This document shows positions 27,710 to 36,467 of a DNA stretch of 51,376 nt, one piece after another. The DNA is taken from NCBI GenBank assembly GCA_014730175.1, contig WJIR01000031.1, positions 1 to 51,376 of the forward strand, read 5' to 3'. Numbering within the stretch: position 1 is the stretch's first letter; every line of letters starts with the position of its first letter. The notes below the pieces were generated by a model. The model was not told where the DNA came from. It worked only from the letters and a program-made list of their open reading frames with translations, and did no database searches. The translations under genes were made by a program, and so were the position numbers. Source of the stretch: Candidatus Zixiibacteriota bacterium. Lineage in GTDB: Bacteria; Zixibacteria; MSB-5A5; UM-FILTER-46-8.

Positions 27710-30532
27710 ATGAAACATATTACTCTTATATCAATTCTTACTCTCCTGCTTCTTTCAAACGGCATCTCCAATGCTACAGCCTCGCCTAAGGATTTAGTCG
27801 CATTTGATCGCGCATCTATATATCAGATGAGGACGAAATGTGACGTAAACGTAATTGCAAAGCTGGATGATGTTGCTGTTGGTTTAATTGAATCGTCGGA
27901 TTTGTCTGATGCGTATGAACTTAAAGTATCTGTGAACTTGCTGGAAGCATCCGCAGATATCAGTGATTTATGGATCGACGCTGTCAAGTATCAACCATTG
28001 GGTTTTGAAGAGATTTTGTTAGAAACCGAGAGTTTTCGGTTGATCAGGATAACTAATATGCAGGCGAGGAGTTTGATTGATGCAGGTCACGAACTCGTAA
28101 AATGTATGCCCCTCGACCTTCCACCGGATAAACCGTTCGATATTCCGACTGAGATTCGAGTGAAGCAATCCATTCTATCGGAAATCGATTCACTCATGTC
28201 ACTGGTTTCCATCGACTCTATCACCACTTATCTCACCAGGCTTCAGGCCTACCACACGCGTCTTAGTTGCACCGATTCTCTCTGGAATGCGGGAGATTGG
28301 ATATTCGATAAATTTAATGCATGGAATTACGACAGCGTCGCATTTGAATTATTCCATATCGGCGGATGGAATTGTGATGCGCGCAATGTTGTTGCTACCA
28401 AGTTCGGACATGAACAGCCAGATAAGATTATAATAATGGGAGGGCATTACGATTCCTATTCAATGGACAGCGATCCATTTACCATAGCGCCTGGCGTGGA
28501 CGACAATGCAACCGGTACGGTTATGGCGATGGAGATAGCGCGTGTACTCAAAGACTACCCATTCGAAAAGACCGTACGGTTTGTTCCGTTTTCAGCGGAG
28601 GAACTGGGATTGATCGGGAGCGAATATTACGTGTGGCAGGCGTTGGAGCGTAATGAGCAAATTGAACTGATGTTTAATGCTGATATGATCGGTAATGAGC
28701 ATCAAGGGGATTGGGAGTTTTATATCAAGTGCAATTCCGGCGGCTCAGCGTACGGCGAGATAATGGAGCAGATAAGCGCGGAAGGCACACCATTGATTCC
28801 TATAGTACAAATCGGCGATTTCGGTAGTTCGGATAGCTGGCCCTTCGGTCAGGCGGGATTTCGCACCATTTGGTCTCAGGAATATGAATTTTCTCCGCAT
28901 TGGCATTCGGTGCATGATAGTATCCCGAATATTAATATTGAGTACATGACCGAAATTGTTCGCGCCAATTTGGGCACTTTGGTGATTGCGATGAGTCTGC
29001 CATCACCGGTCGCTGGTTTGCAGGCGTTAAATATGGGGAATGGTCAGTCGGTATTTCTTGAATGGGAGCCGAGCGCAGACGATGATGTAATCGGCTATGA
29101 GGTTTATGCCGGTACATCGGAGTCAAATATCGATATAGCCGATACCGCATATACCGCCGCTGATACAATTTCCTCTCTGCAGAGCGACACGACATATTAC
29201 TTTGCGGTTTCCGCTTTTACTGCGGATGGAACTCAAAGCTTGATTGACGAAATAGTCTCCTGTGTACCCCGCATACATCCGGTGACCCCTGATACTTTGA
29301 TAGTAACGCCGGAACCATGGCAGTTGAGGATTCAATGGACCGAATCGCCTGATCTTGATTTGGATCATTACAACCTGTACCGCAAAGAGGGTGAATGCGG
29401 CGGTTTCGAATTCTATCGTGAGGTAAGGGGAGAGGCTGAGTTCATCGACTCGGGACTTGAGTCGAACCTCAAATACTTTTATTACGTGACCGCGGTCGAT
29501 TCCACCGGTCTGGAAAGCGATCCGTCCAATTCGGATTACGCAAAGATAATCAGCCTGGATTCCGGGATATTGCTGGTGGATGAAACCAGGGAGATGACCG
29601 GTATGCCCAGCGATTTCGAGCAATTCGAGTTTTATATCGGTATATCGGAGGGCTATGAAATGATTCTACACGAAGTGGCTGAAAGCGGTTTGCTGAGGAT
29701 TAACGACCTCGGCGCTTTCTCCACTGTGGTTTGGTTCGATGAAGATCCTTCACATAATATGCTGGCATCAGCCGACACCGCTCTGGCAAAGTATCTCGAT
29801 TTCGGAGGGAATCTCCTGTATGTAGGATGGTGTTCAATGTATAGCTATCATAACTCCCGCCCGATTGTATTCGAGGAAGGCGAGTTTCCTTATGAATATC
29901 TCGGGATAAACCGGGTTGACAATACCGATGCAAGGGACTTCAGAGGAGGGATAGGCATGGGTGGCTGGAATGACCTGAATGTTGACACTCTCCGTTCATG
30001 GTTCAATAACTATCTCGGTTGGGTGGATATTCAGGAGTTGCAGGAGGAACCTTCCATTATCTACACCTTTAATTCGGAATCCGGCGATCCTGAATTTCAG
30101 GATAAACCGGTGGGAATCGCAATTGAAAAGGATGACTACAAAGCGATCTATACCTCATTTCCATTATACCCGATGGGTGAGGCAAGCGCCCGCGAGTTCT
30201 TCGTAAAAGCCATGAGCTATTTCGGTGAACAGACCGGCGTGGACGACGAAGAACATTCCGGGGTACTGCCGGTTTTGAAACTCCATCAAAATTACCCGAA
30301 TCCATTTAACGCCAACACGACTATAACCTTCAACCTGCCTCAGAGATCGGAGGTTAGCTTAAAGGTGTACAACATTCTGGGACAGGAGATAGCGCGTTTA
30401 ATGCATGGTAGTCTGGATGCAGGTTCACACAGCATCAACTGGGATGCCTCCGATTATTCCAGTGGAATTTATTTCTACAATTTATCGTTCAATGATGAGA
30501 ACATAACCAAACGAATGACACTGATAAAATAG
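27710..30532 (+). CDS. Secreted M28-family zinc peptidase with an FN3-like module and a T9SS C-terminal sorting domain
   Basis: The ATG at 27710 follows GAGGTG and gives the signal peptide MKHITLISILTLLLLSNGISNATA. M28 motifs: GGHYDS, GVDDNATG, FSAEELGLIGS. An FN3-like segment follows (WEPSADDDVIGYEVY...YYFAVSA). CTD: QNYPNPFNANTTITF...LKVYNILGQEI...GIYFYNL...RMTLIK. The ORF track starts at GTG 27689. Confidence 0.85.
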   Translation: MKHITLISILTLLLLSNGISNATASPKDLVAFDRASIYQMRTKCDVNVIAKLDDVAVGLIESSDLSDAYELKVSVNLLEASADISDLWIDAVKYQPLGFEEILLETESFRLIRITNMQARSLIDAGHELVKCMPLDLPPDKPFDIPTEIRVKQSILSEIDSLMSLVSIDSITTYLTRLQAYHTRLSCTDSLWNAGDWIFDKFNAWNYDSVAFELFHIGGWNCDARNVVATKFGHEQPDKIIIMGGHYDSYSMDSDPFTIAPGVDDNATGTVMAMEIARVLKDYPFEKTVRFVPFSAEELGLIGSEYYVWQALERNEQIELMFNADMIGNEHQGDWEFYIKCNSGGSAYGEIMEQISAEGTPLIPIVQIGDFGSSDSWPFGQAGFRTIWSQEYEFSPHWHSVHDSIPNINIEYMTEIVRANLGTLVIAMSLPSPVAGLQALNMGNGQSVFLEWEPSADDDVIGYEVYAGTSESNIDIADTAYTAADTISSLQSDTTYYFAVSAFTADGTQSLIDEIVSCVPRIHPVTPDTLIVTPEPWQLRIQWTESPDLDLDHYNLYRKEGECGGFEFYREVRGEAEFIDSGLESNLKYFYYVTAVDSTGLESDPSNSDYAKIISLDSGILLVDETREMTGMPSDFEQFEFYIGISEGYEMILHEVAESGLLRINDLGAFSTVVWFDEDPSHNMLASADTALAKYLDFGGNLLYVGWCSMYSYHNSRPIVFEEGEFPYEYLGINRVDNTDARDFRGGIGMGGWNDLNVDTLRSWFNNYLGWVDIQELQEEPSIIYTFNSESGDPEFQDKPVGIAIEKDDYKAIYTSFPLYPMGEASAREFFVKAMSYFGEQTGVDDEEHSGVLPVLKLHQNYPNPFNANTTITFNLPQRSEVSLKVYNILGQEIARLMHGSLDAGSHSINWDASDYSSGIYFYNLSFNDENITKRMTLIK

Positions 30533-30608
30533 GGTATCCAACACCCGGAAATAAAGATAAGCTTCGCATTAATAAATAAATATTAACCATAGCTCAGGAG
30601 AAACACCT

Positions 30609-32036
30609 ATGAAAAACAGCGTAATTTTGCTGGCGCTGGTTACCTTCCTGTTTGGCGCGATTGCGGGTAATTCGCATGCGGTACAGCGACTGGTAATTCT
30701 GGAGAATCAAACCAATCATGGTTGAGGCGGATGCCGCTATGCTGATCTGGTCTTAGATCAGCTCGCCGAAGACTATCCCGAACAACTGGCGATAGTTACC
30801 TATCACACCCACGGGCCCCTTCCTGGAGATCCATTCTATGATTACAATCCCGAAGAAAACCGGGCACGCCTTTATTTCTACCCACCCCATTATGATGGTT
30901 ACTATTATGTGCCTTATGCCTGGATAGACGGCTTTGTCAGAGCCAGTTACGAGTATAACAATTGGGAAAATCTGATGCTGGATAGATATGAGGTCGATGC
31001 TCCGCTCGAGATTCAGCTTAACGGGTGGTTCAGCGATACCGAGCGGGAAGGCAATCTCGATTTATCCATTACTGCACACGAGCCGATTACACAAACCGGA
31101 CTACGTGTGAGGATTGCGTTAACCGAGGATAGTCTTTATTACGAAGCGCCCAATGGCACAAACTGGCACAACAATACCATGCGTGACATTATCCCGGATA
31201 CGCTCGGTATTTTCCTGGAGATATCTCAAGGGCAGACCGTGGAGCTTTCGCAGCCGTTCGAATGCCCGGAACCTTTGGTTATCGAGCAATGCGAGTTAGT
31301 GGCTTGGGTTCAAGCTGATTACAGCGACCTGGAGATATTGCAGACTGCGAAAGTCAGTTTGACCGATCTCGCGCAGTGCGTTTGTGATGTGGGCATGATT
31401 CCGGATGAGGATCCCGTTATCGTCCCCAGAGGCGGGAACTTCGGGGTAACAGGCACCATCAGCAATCCATGCGATGAGTTTATGACCACCGACGTCTGGT
31501 ATGGTGTTCATGCCATGGATGAATTCTTCGAGCTTGGTAATATAAATAACATACCGATTAATCCGGGACAATTCCTACAGGGACATTTTTATCAGCATGT
31601 ATCCATACATGCGCCGACGGGTGAATTTGAATACATGGCTTATTGCGGCGACAGTCCGGATGTGAAGAATGATTCATTTTCTTTCATGGTAACCGTCACG
31701 AACAATCGCATTTCCGGTGGCGCCGAGGAATGGCATACCGAAGGCAGCTTCCTAAACCAAACGGTTTTGCCGGAAGAAACCGGTTCATTGGAAGTTTATC
31801 CCAATCCCTTCAACGCGTTTTCTACCATAAACTTCGATTTAAAGGAGGCAACCAGTCTGAAGCTTGACATCTATAATATCGCAGGCCGCAAAGTTGTTAC
31901 ACTTGCCGACGGTGAGTTTGAGAGAGGTGAGTATTCGTTGAGTTGGGATGCATCGGAATATCCCAGCGGAGTCTATTTTATCAAGTTAGCGGCAGGCAAT
32001 TATATCACCACAAAACGGATGACGCTTTTGAAATAA
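30609..32036 (+). CDS. Thioredoxin-fold/Omp28-like T9SS cargo protein that requires read-through of an in-frame TGA (candidate selenocysteine, U39)
   Basis: The ATG at 30609 follows AGGAGA and opens a signal peptide. A single in-frame TGA at 30723-30725 lies in the motif HG-U-GG-C. The frame then stays open into the called ORF 30909..32036. Omp28-like features are present (WHNNTMRD). T9SS CTD at the C-terminus: VYPNPFNAFSTINF...LDIYNIAGRKV...GVYFIKL...RMTLLK. Confidence 0.6.
30726..30767 (+). promoter_or_regulatory. SECIS-like stem-loop immediately 3' of the in-frame TGA
   Basis: Lower helix GGCG 30726-30729 / CGCC 30764-30767. Upper helix is a perfect 8 bp, GCTGATCT 30741-30748 / AGATCAGC 30755-30762. 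Apical loop GGTCTT 30749-30754 contains the GU step seen in the E. coli fdhF SECIS loop (GGUC). Confidence 0.55.
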
Positions 32037-32047
32037 CCTGAAGTCGT

Positions 32048-32074
32048 GGGTCGAAGCCCTTGCGGTTTCGACCC
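32048..32074. terminator. Hairpin between convergent genes
   Basis: GGGTCGAA 32048-32055 / TTCGACCC 32067-32074, 8-bp stem with an 11-nt loop. No clear U-tract. Confidence 0.3.
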
Positions 32075-32096
32075 TGCATAATTCAACAGCAAGTAG

Positions 32097-32119
32097 GCCG
32101 GACATCCCTCTCCGGCTTT
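32097..32119 (+). terminator. Rho-independent terminator candidate after the TGA-containing cargo gene
   Basis: GCCGGA 32097-32102 / TCCGGC 32111-32116, followed by TTT. Confidence 0.4.
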
Positions 32120-32170
32120 GAATGATTAATCGGGTTCTCTGTCAGAATGCCTGTAGTTACGACACACTCG

Positions 32171-32836
32171 CTATTCTTCAATCCCAAAAATTGAATAATC
32201 GATCAACATGTTATTGGTTAGATCAGGTATATCGTCTCTTTTTCTCTCACCGTGAGGGTAATGCTCCCAGCGATTTAGCGACATATACAAAACGCCGATC
32301 AGGTCATCGTCATTTTGCCTGAGATTGTTGGCTAAGGATTCTGTTACAAACTTCCCAATTGCCGCCGCCGCCAGGTAATGGGGGTTCGCTGCTCCGGCAA
32401 GCAGCATCACCAAATTGTTGGCGAATACGCTAAAATCCTTATCGTGGACGACATTTCTCATCTCGGCTCCAAGTTTTCTGACGTCTCGATCCGATTCGAT
32501 CGCCATAAAAACCCAGTTGAAATCTTGCGGGATATTTTTGGAGCGATACAGCACGTACCCGGTATCACCAAAACTAAGGATGTGGTTATCTTTTACGTTT
32601 TCAATCGGCACCGTTTTCCTGAAACCAACATACTTTTCGGTCGCAGACTGGATGATCTGACGTCGTCTAACTTCATTGTCACAATGCAGGAATTCGTCCA
32701 TATCGGGGAGTGTCGTTTCTTCGGTGGTTACAAAGCTGAAGAATTTAACTTCTGCATTGGAAGGTCCAACCAGCAGGAAGCTGCGCCCCTCACGATTATT
32801 TTTGATTTTAACCTGATTGATCCTGAAATAAAACAT
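32171..32836 (-). CDS. Hypothetical cytoplasmic protein, 221 aa, no family recognised
   Basis: ATG preceded by GGGAGAG. Balanced protein-like composition, no signal peptide and no TM helix. The opposite-strand ORF 32378..32986 looks like a shadow ORF. Confidence 0.6.
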   Translation of the reverse strand: MFYFRINQVKIKNNREGRSFLLVGPSNAEVKFFSFVTTEETTLPDMDEFLHCDNEVRRRQIIQSATEKYVGFRKTVPIENVKDNHILSFGDTGYVLYRSKNIPQDFNWVFMAIESDRDVRKLGAEMRNVVHDKDFSVFANNLVMLLAGAANPHYLAAAAIGKFVTESLANNLRQNDDDLIGVLYMSLNRWEHYPHGERKRDDIPDLTNNMLIDYSIFGIEE

Positions 32837-32982
32837 ACTTCTCTCCCTATTTTGAATGACGTATGCTTATATATTAGTTTTAAATATTTACGGTTTTACT
32901 TCGGTGGTCAGTCCTATGGGCTGACGCAATTATATCTTCAGCGCAGGTCCGCTGACCATCGGATTACTTGTCTTACCGCCTT

Positions 32983-33528
32983 TTAGAAGTCTATGCCCTT
33001 CTGAGCCAGAATACCTTGCGTATAAGGATGTTTGATTTCAGTCATTTCAGTTACCAGGTCGGCTTTGTCTATAATTTCCTCGGAAGCGCCCCTGCCGGTT
33101 AACACCAGGTGTACTTTATCCGGTTTTTCATCAAACAGTTTCAGAACATCCTCAACTTCGAGTAAACCAAGCTGCATAGCAACATTTACTTCGTCGAGGA
33201 TTATGGCGTTGTAGTTGCCGGAGGTAAGTTTACCTCTCGCAAAATCGAGGGATTCTTTGGCTGCTTTCTGATGCTCCTCAAAAGGGAGTTCATCATCGAC
33301 TATCCCGACAAATCCCTTGCCCAGAGTATGGAACTCCACTTCGGGAGCCAACCGCTTGATACCGTCAATCTCGCCGTATTTCCAGGAGCCTTTGATGAAC
33401 TGGATCATGCACACTTTATGTCCGTAACCGACCGCGCGAACGCACAATCCCAACGCCGCGGTTGTTTTCCCTTTTCCGTTTCCGGTATAGACAATAACTA
33501 ATCCCGTCTCTTTTGATTCCTCAGCCAT
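32983..33528 (-). CDS. cobO: Cob(I)yrinic acid a,c-diamide (corrinoid) adenosyltransferase
   Basis: 181 aa with P-loop GNGKGKTTAA and the CobA/CobO/BtuR pattern (QF.KG.W..GE, ILDE......G., VLTGR.A, DLVTEM...KHP...G..A..GI.F). Confidence 0.88.
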   Translation of the reverse strand: MAEESKETGLVIVYTGNGKGKTTAALGLCVRAVGYGHKVCMIQFIKGSWKYGEIDGIKRLAPEVEFHTLGKGFVGIVDDELPFEEHQKAAKESLDFARGKLTSGNYNAIILDEVNVAMQLGLLEVEDVLKLFDEKPDKVHLVLTGRGASEEIIDKADLVTEMTEIKHPYTQGILAQKGIDF

Positions 33529-33550
33529 TTTTGCACCTACCTAACTTAAA

Positions 33551-36277
33551 TTATCCTTTAACCAATAATATGGGATGGACGCTCTCAGCATCTTCCTGCT
33601 GGTATTTAAACTGTAATATACATGTGGGACAGCAGGATGCCACAACTTTTGCACCGGATTCTTCCAAAGCATCTCTTTTTACATTGAAAATTTTACCCGA
33701 TTCAGCCGGATTACTGAAATAATGCGTTCCCGCAAATCCGCAGCATCTATCCGCATAGTCCATTTCAACGAAATCAGCCCCAATCTCACGCAGGAATCGC
33801 CTCGGTTCGGCTGTCACTCCTGAGCATCTCAAGTGACAAGAATCGTGATAGGTAACTTTCGCCTGAGACTCTGTTCGGAGGTTGTTTCCGTGTCTAAGTA
33901 AGAACTCACTAACTTCATATACTTTAGAAGCCAGTTTCTTAGCTTCGGTATAAAAAGGATCGTTAGTGCGGAATAGATGGGGATATTCTTTCAGCATATT
34001 CACGCAAGTTCCGCAACTGGCGATTATGTAATCAAAACGATTGAGCGACTCGATATTGATCATCGCTGATTTCAGGGCATACTCCTTGAATCCGTAACTC
34101 TCAGCCGGAACACCGCAGCAAACCTGAGTCGGGATAGCAAGCGGCGTATTCTGCTCATCGAACACTTTTAGGATTTTCCATGATGTTGGATTCTCCAAGT
34201 AGCCGTCAGCGCATCCGAAGAAGTATGCTACTTTTGCCTCGGGATTTTGATTTTCCTTCATTTTGGATGCAAATGGATTAACGGCAGGTTCCGGCAGAAT
34301 TGCATCTTTGCTTATTCTCATCGCCCGCTCGCTGATTTTCTCCAGAAGTTCCCTGGTGGCTTTATTCTGTGCGAAACGCAAGCCGACCGCGCCCAGCGCA
34401 TTCCCGGAACGCATAATTAACGGATGTGTCATCGCGTAAAACATCGGTTCAAGTAATATGCGACGACTTTCTCCTTTAAAATCATTGGCATCGGTTGATG
34501 CGTCGCAATCAGCAGGGCAGACTATTTTACAGTTCTTGCAGTTTATGCAGGTTTCCAGAGATTCCTTCCTGTCGGTTGTTATCAGTCCGGGGAAATTTCT
34601 CATCTTAATTCTGCCGCGGGGACTATATAACTCACTTCTGTGCGCTTCGAATGAAGGACAGGATGGCACGCATTTTCCGCATTGAGAGCAGTCCCAATTT
34701 AGACGAAGACCATCTATATTTTGAGTGATGTCGGTTTCTGAAGTTAGTTTTACGCCGGGATTGAGAATGTTATCGGGATCAAGAATATGCTTGATTTGCC
34801 GGAAGATAGAATATACTTCCTCACCGTAAACCAATCTAAGAAATGGCGACCGTACTCTTCCATCCGCATGTTCCCCTGATATCACGCCTCCAAGTCTTAG
34901 CACTTCATTATAGATTTCGTAGGAAACTAACTGCATCTTCCGTCTGTCATCTGCATCAGATGCATCAACTAATGGCTTTAAATGTATATTACCATCACCT
35001 ATATGGCCAAAGCCGCCGTATTCTATACCATATTTATCGAATACCTCTCCAACGAATTCAAACATCTCCGGTAATTTCTCGGGCGGCAGGCAAGCATCTT
35101 CGACAAACGATAACGGCTTTTTAACCGGGTGGTGTTTATAAAAAGCCGGCAGAAGCGCCTTCCTCGCTGCCCATAATTGCTTCTGTTTTACCGGATCGCT
35201 TTCGATTACCGGAGGAATTGACAATTGGGATGGATCGACAATGCGGTTGATACTATTCTTGATTTCTTCCTCCATACCGAGTTCGAATTGCATCAACAGC
35301 ATAACATCGGCATCTTGCGGAATGCCGTACTCTTCCCGACCGATTAGATCCATCGAATTTTTATCAGCGACTTCAAGCGAGTAAGGCTTTAATTTTAGTA
35401 ATCGGGATATCACAGGCGCTACGTCTTTGAACGCTTTATAATACAATAACACGGTGAAAAACCGAGGGGGGAGAGGTTCAAGCTGCAAATGGGCGCTGTC
35501 GAAGATACAGAGAGTACCTTCCGAACCAACTAAAATTTTCGTGAAGTCTATCCATCCCTGGTCGTATCTGTCAATAAACGACCATAAATCATATCCTGTG
35601 GAATTCTTTCTGACGTTTCTGCGCCGCGGTAGGATGATGTCACGATTCCTCAGGATAAGATTCAGGATTTCCTCAAACTCGGGATTTTCGATAAAAAAAT
35701 CGTGGGCTTCCGGACTGTCGATTTTTAACGGCTCGATAAATAACCTTTTTCCGGAGGCGGTTACGATTTCCAATCCCGTTGTATAATCCCTGGTAGTGCC
35801 ATATCGCACGGTTCGCGAACCGGATGAATTATTGCCCAGCATGCCGCCTATTCTGCAGGAATCACCGGATGAAGGATCCGGCGGGAACATCAATCTATAT
35901 TTGGCTGCCCTGAGGTTCAGATCATCATAGATCACGCCGGAGGAGACTTGCGCAATTCGGTTGATTCCATCTATTTGAATCCCTTGGTCATAGTCGCAGA
36001 AATCGAGAATAACGCCGTCTCCAACCGCGCCTCCTGCCAGTCCTGTTGCTCCCGCCCGCGAAGTTATCGGGATACCGAGCTTGCGACAAGCATTAACGCA
36101 ATCAACTATGTCTTCGGCTTTTTGAACGGTGACTACTGCTGTTGGTTTGATATTGTATATCGATGCATCGGAGCTGTAAACTGATATAAATGCAGAATCT
36201 ATATGAATCTGATCGATCGGTATGAAGCGGGATAACTCCTGCTGGAACAATATCTGACTATTTTCGTACGACATCAC
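33551..36277 (-). CDS. Fused FAD-binding oxidase / 4Fe-4S / CCG-domain oxidoreductase (GlcD-GlcF fusion, YdiJ-like)
   Basis: 908 aa. N-terminal FAD_binding_4-type domain (RAGATGLAGGAV). Two ferredoxin-type clusters (CSQCGKCVPSCP, CINCKNCKIVCP). Two Cys-rich CCG-like repeats at the C-terminus. The substrate is not inferable. Confidence 0.8.
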   Translation of the reverse strand: MMSYENSQILFQQELSRFIPIDQIHIDSAFISVYSSDASIYNIKPTAVVTVQKAEDIVDCVNACRKLGIPITSRAGATGLAGGAVGDGVILDFCDYDQGIQIDGINRIAQVSSGVIYDDLNLRAAKYRLMFPPDPSSGDSCRIGGMLGNNSSGSRTVRYGTTRDYTTGLEIVTASGKRLFIEPLKIDSPEAHDFFIENPEFEEILNLILRNRDIILPRRRNVRKNSTGYDLWSFIDRYDQGWIDFTKILVGSEGTLCIFDSAHLQLEPLPPRFFTVLLYYKAFKDVAPVISRLLKLKPYSLEVADKNSMDLIGREEYGIPQDADVMLLMQFELGMEEEIKNSINRIVDPSQLSIPPVIESDPVKQKQLWAARKALLPAFYKHHPVKKPLSFVEDACLPPEKLPEMFEFVGEVFDKYGIEYGGFGHIGDGNIHLKPLVDASDADDRRKMQLVSYEIYNEVLRLGGVISGEHADGRVRSPFLRLVYGEEVYSIFRQIKHILDPDNILNPGVKLTSETDITQNIDGLRLNWDCSQCGKCVPSCPSFEAHRSELYSPRGRIKMRNFPGLITTDRKESLETCINCKNCKIVCPADCDASTDANDFKGESRRILLEPMFYAMTHPLIMRSGNALGAVGLRFAQNKATRELLEKISERAMRISKDAILPEPAVNPFASKMKENQNPEAKVAYFFGCADGYLENPTSWKILKVFDEQNTPLAIPTQVCCGVPAESYGFKEYALKSAMINIESLNRFDYIIASCGTCVNMLKEYPHLFRTNDPFYTEAKKLASKVYEVSEFLLRHGNNLRTESQAKVTYHDSCHLRCSGVTAEPRRFLREIGADFVEMDYADRCCGFAGTHYFSNPAESGKIFNVKRDALEESGAKVVASCCPTCILQFKYQQEDAESVHPILLVKG

Positions 36278-36405
36278 AGTGATTTATACTGGTTGCGAAA
36301 CCAATTTGTGCCAAAATAAACAATAAATAATCAATAGCAAAGAGTAATTGTTCTAATACAGATTAGTTTAATTGTGAAAAAAATAACAATCTTGCTGATT
36401 TTCTA

Positions 36406-36434
36406 TTGACAGTTGCAATTCTATTTACTAAATT
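36406..36434 (+). promoter_or_regulatory. Sigma-70-like promoter candidate for dcd
   Basis: TTGACA (36406-36411), 17-nt spacer, TAAATT (36429-36434), in an AT-rich divergent intergenic region. Confidence 0.45.
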
Positions 36435-36467
36435 GAAATCTATTTTGCTTAAAACTTTGGGTTAAGT

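Noticed and set aside
30723-30725. The possibility that TGA is globally reassigned (Trp or Gly, genetic codes 4 or 25) rather than Sec.
   Set aside because: TGA terminates several highly conserved genes at their expected ends (rpsJ 490-492, rplD 2001-2003, rplE 7098-7100, rpsK 13840-13842). The standard code therefore applies.
32378-32986. A 202-aa plus-strand ORF overlapping the 221-aa minus-strand orphan gene.
   Set aside because: The minus-strand ORF has an SD and a more protein-like composition. The plus-strand ORF runs into the cobO 3' end and has no RBS. It is treated as a shadow ORF, though neither reading has homology support available here.
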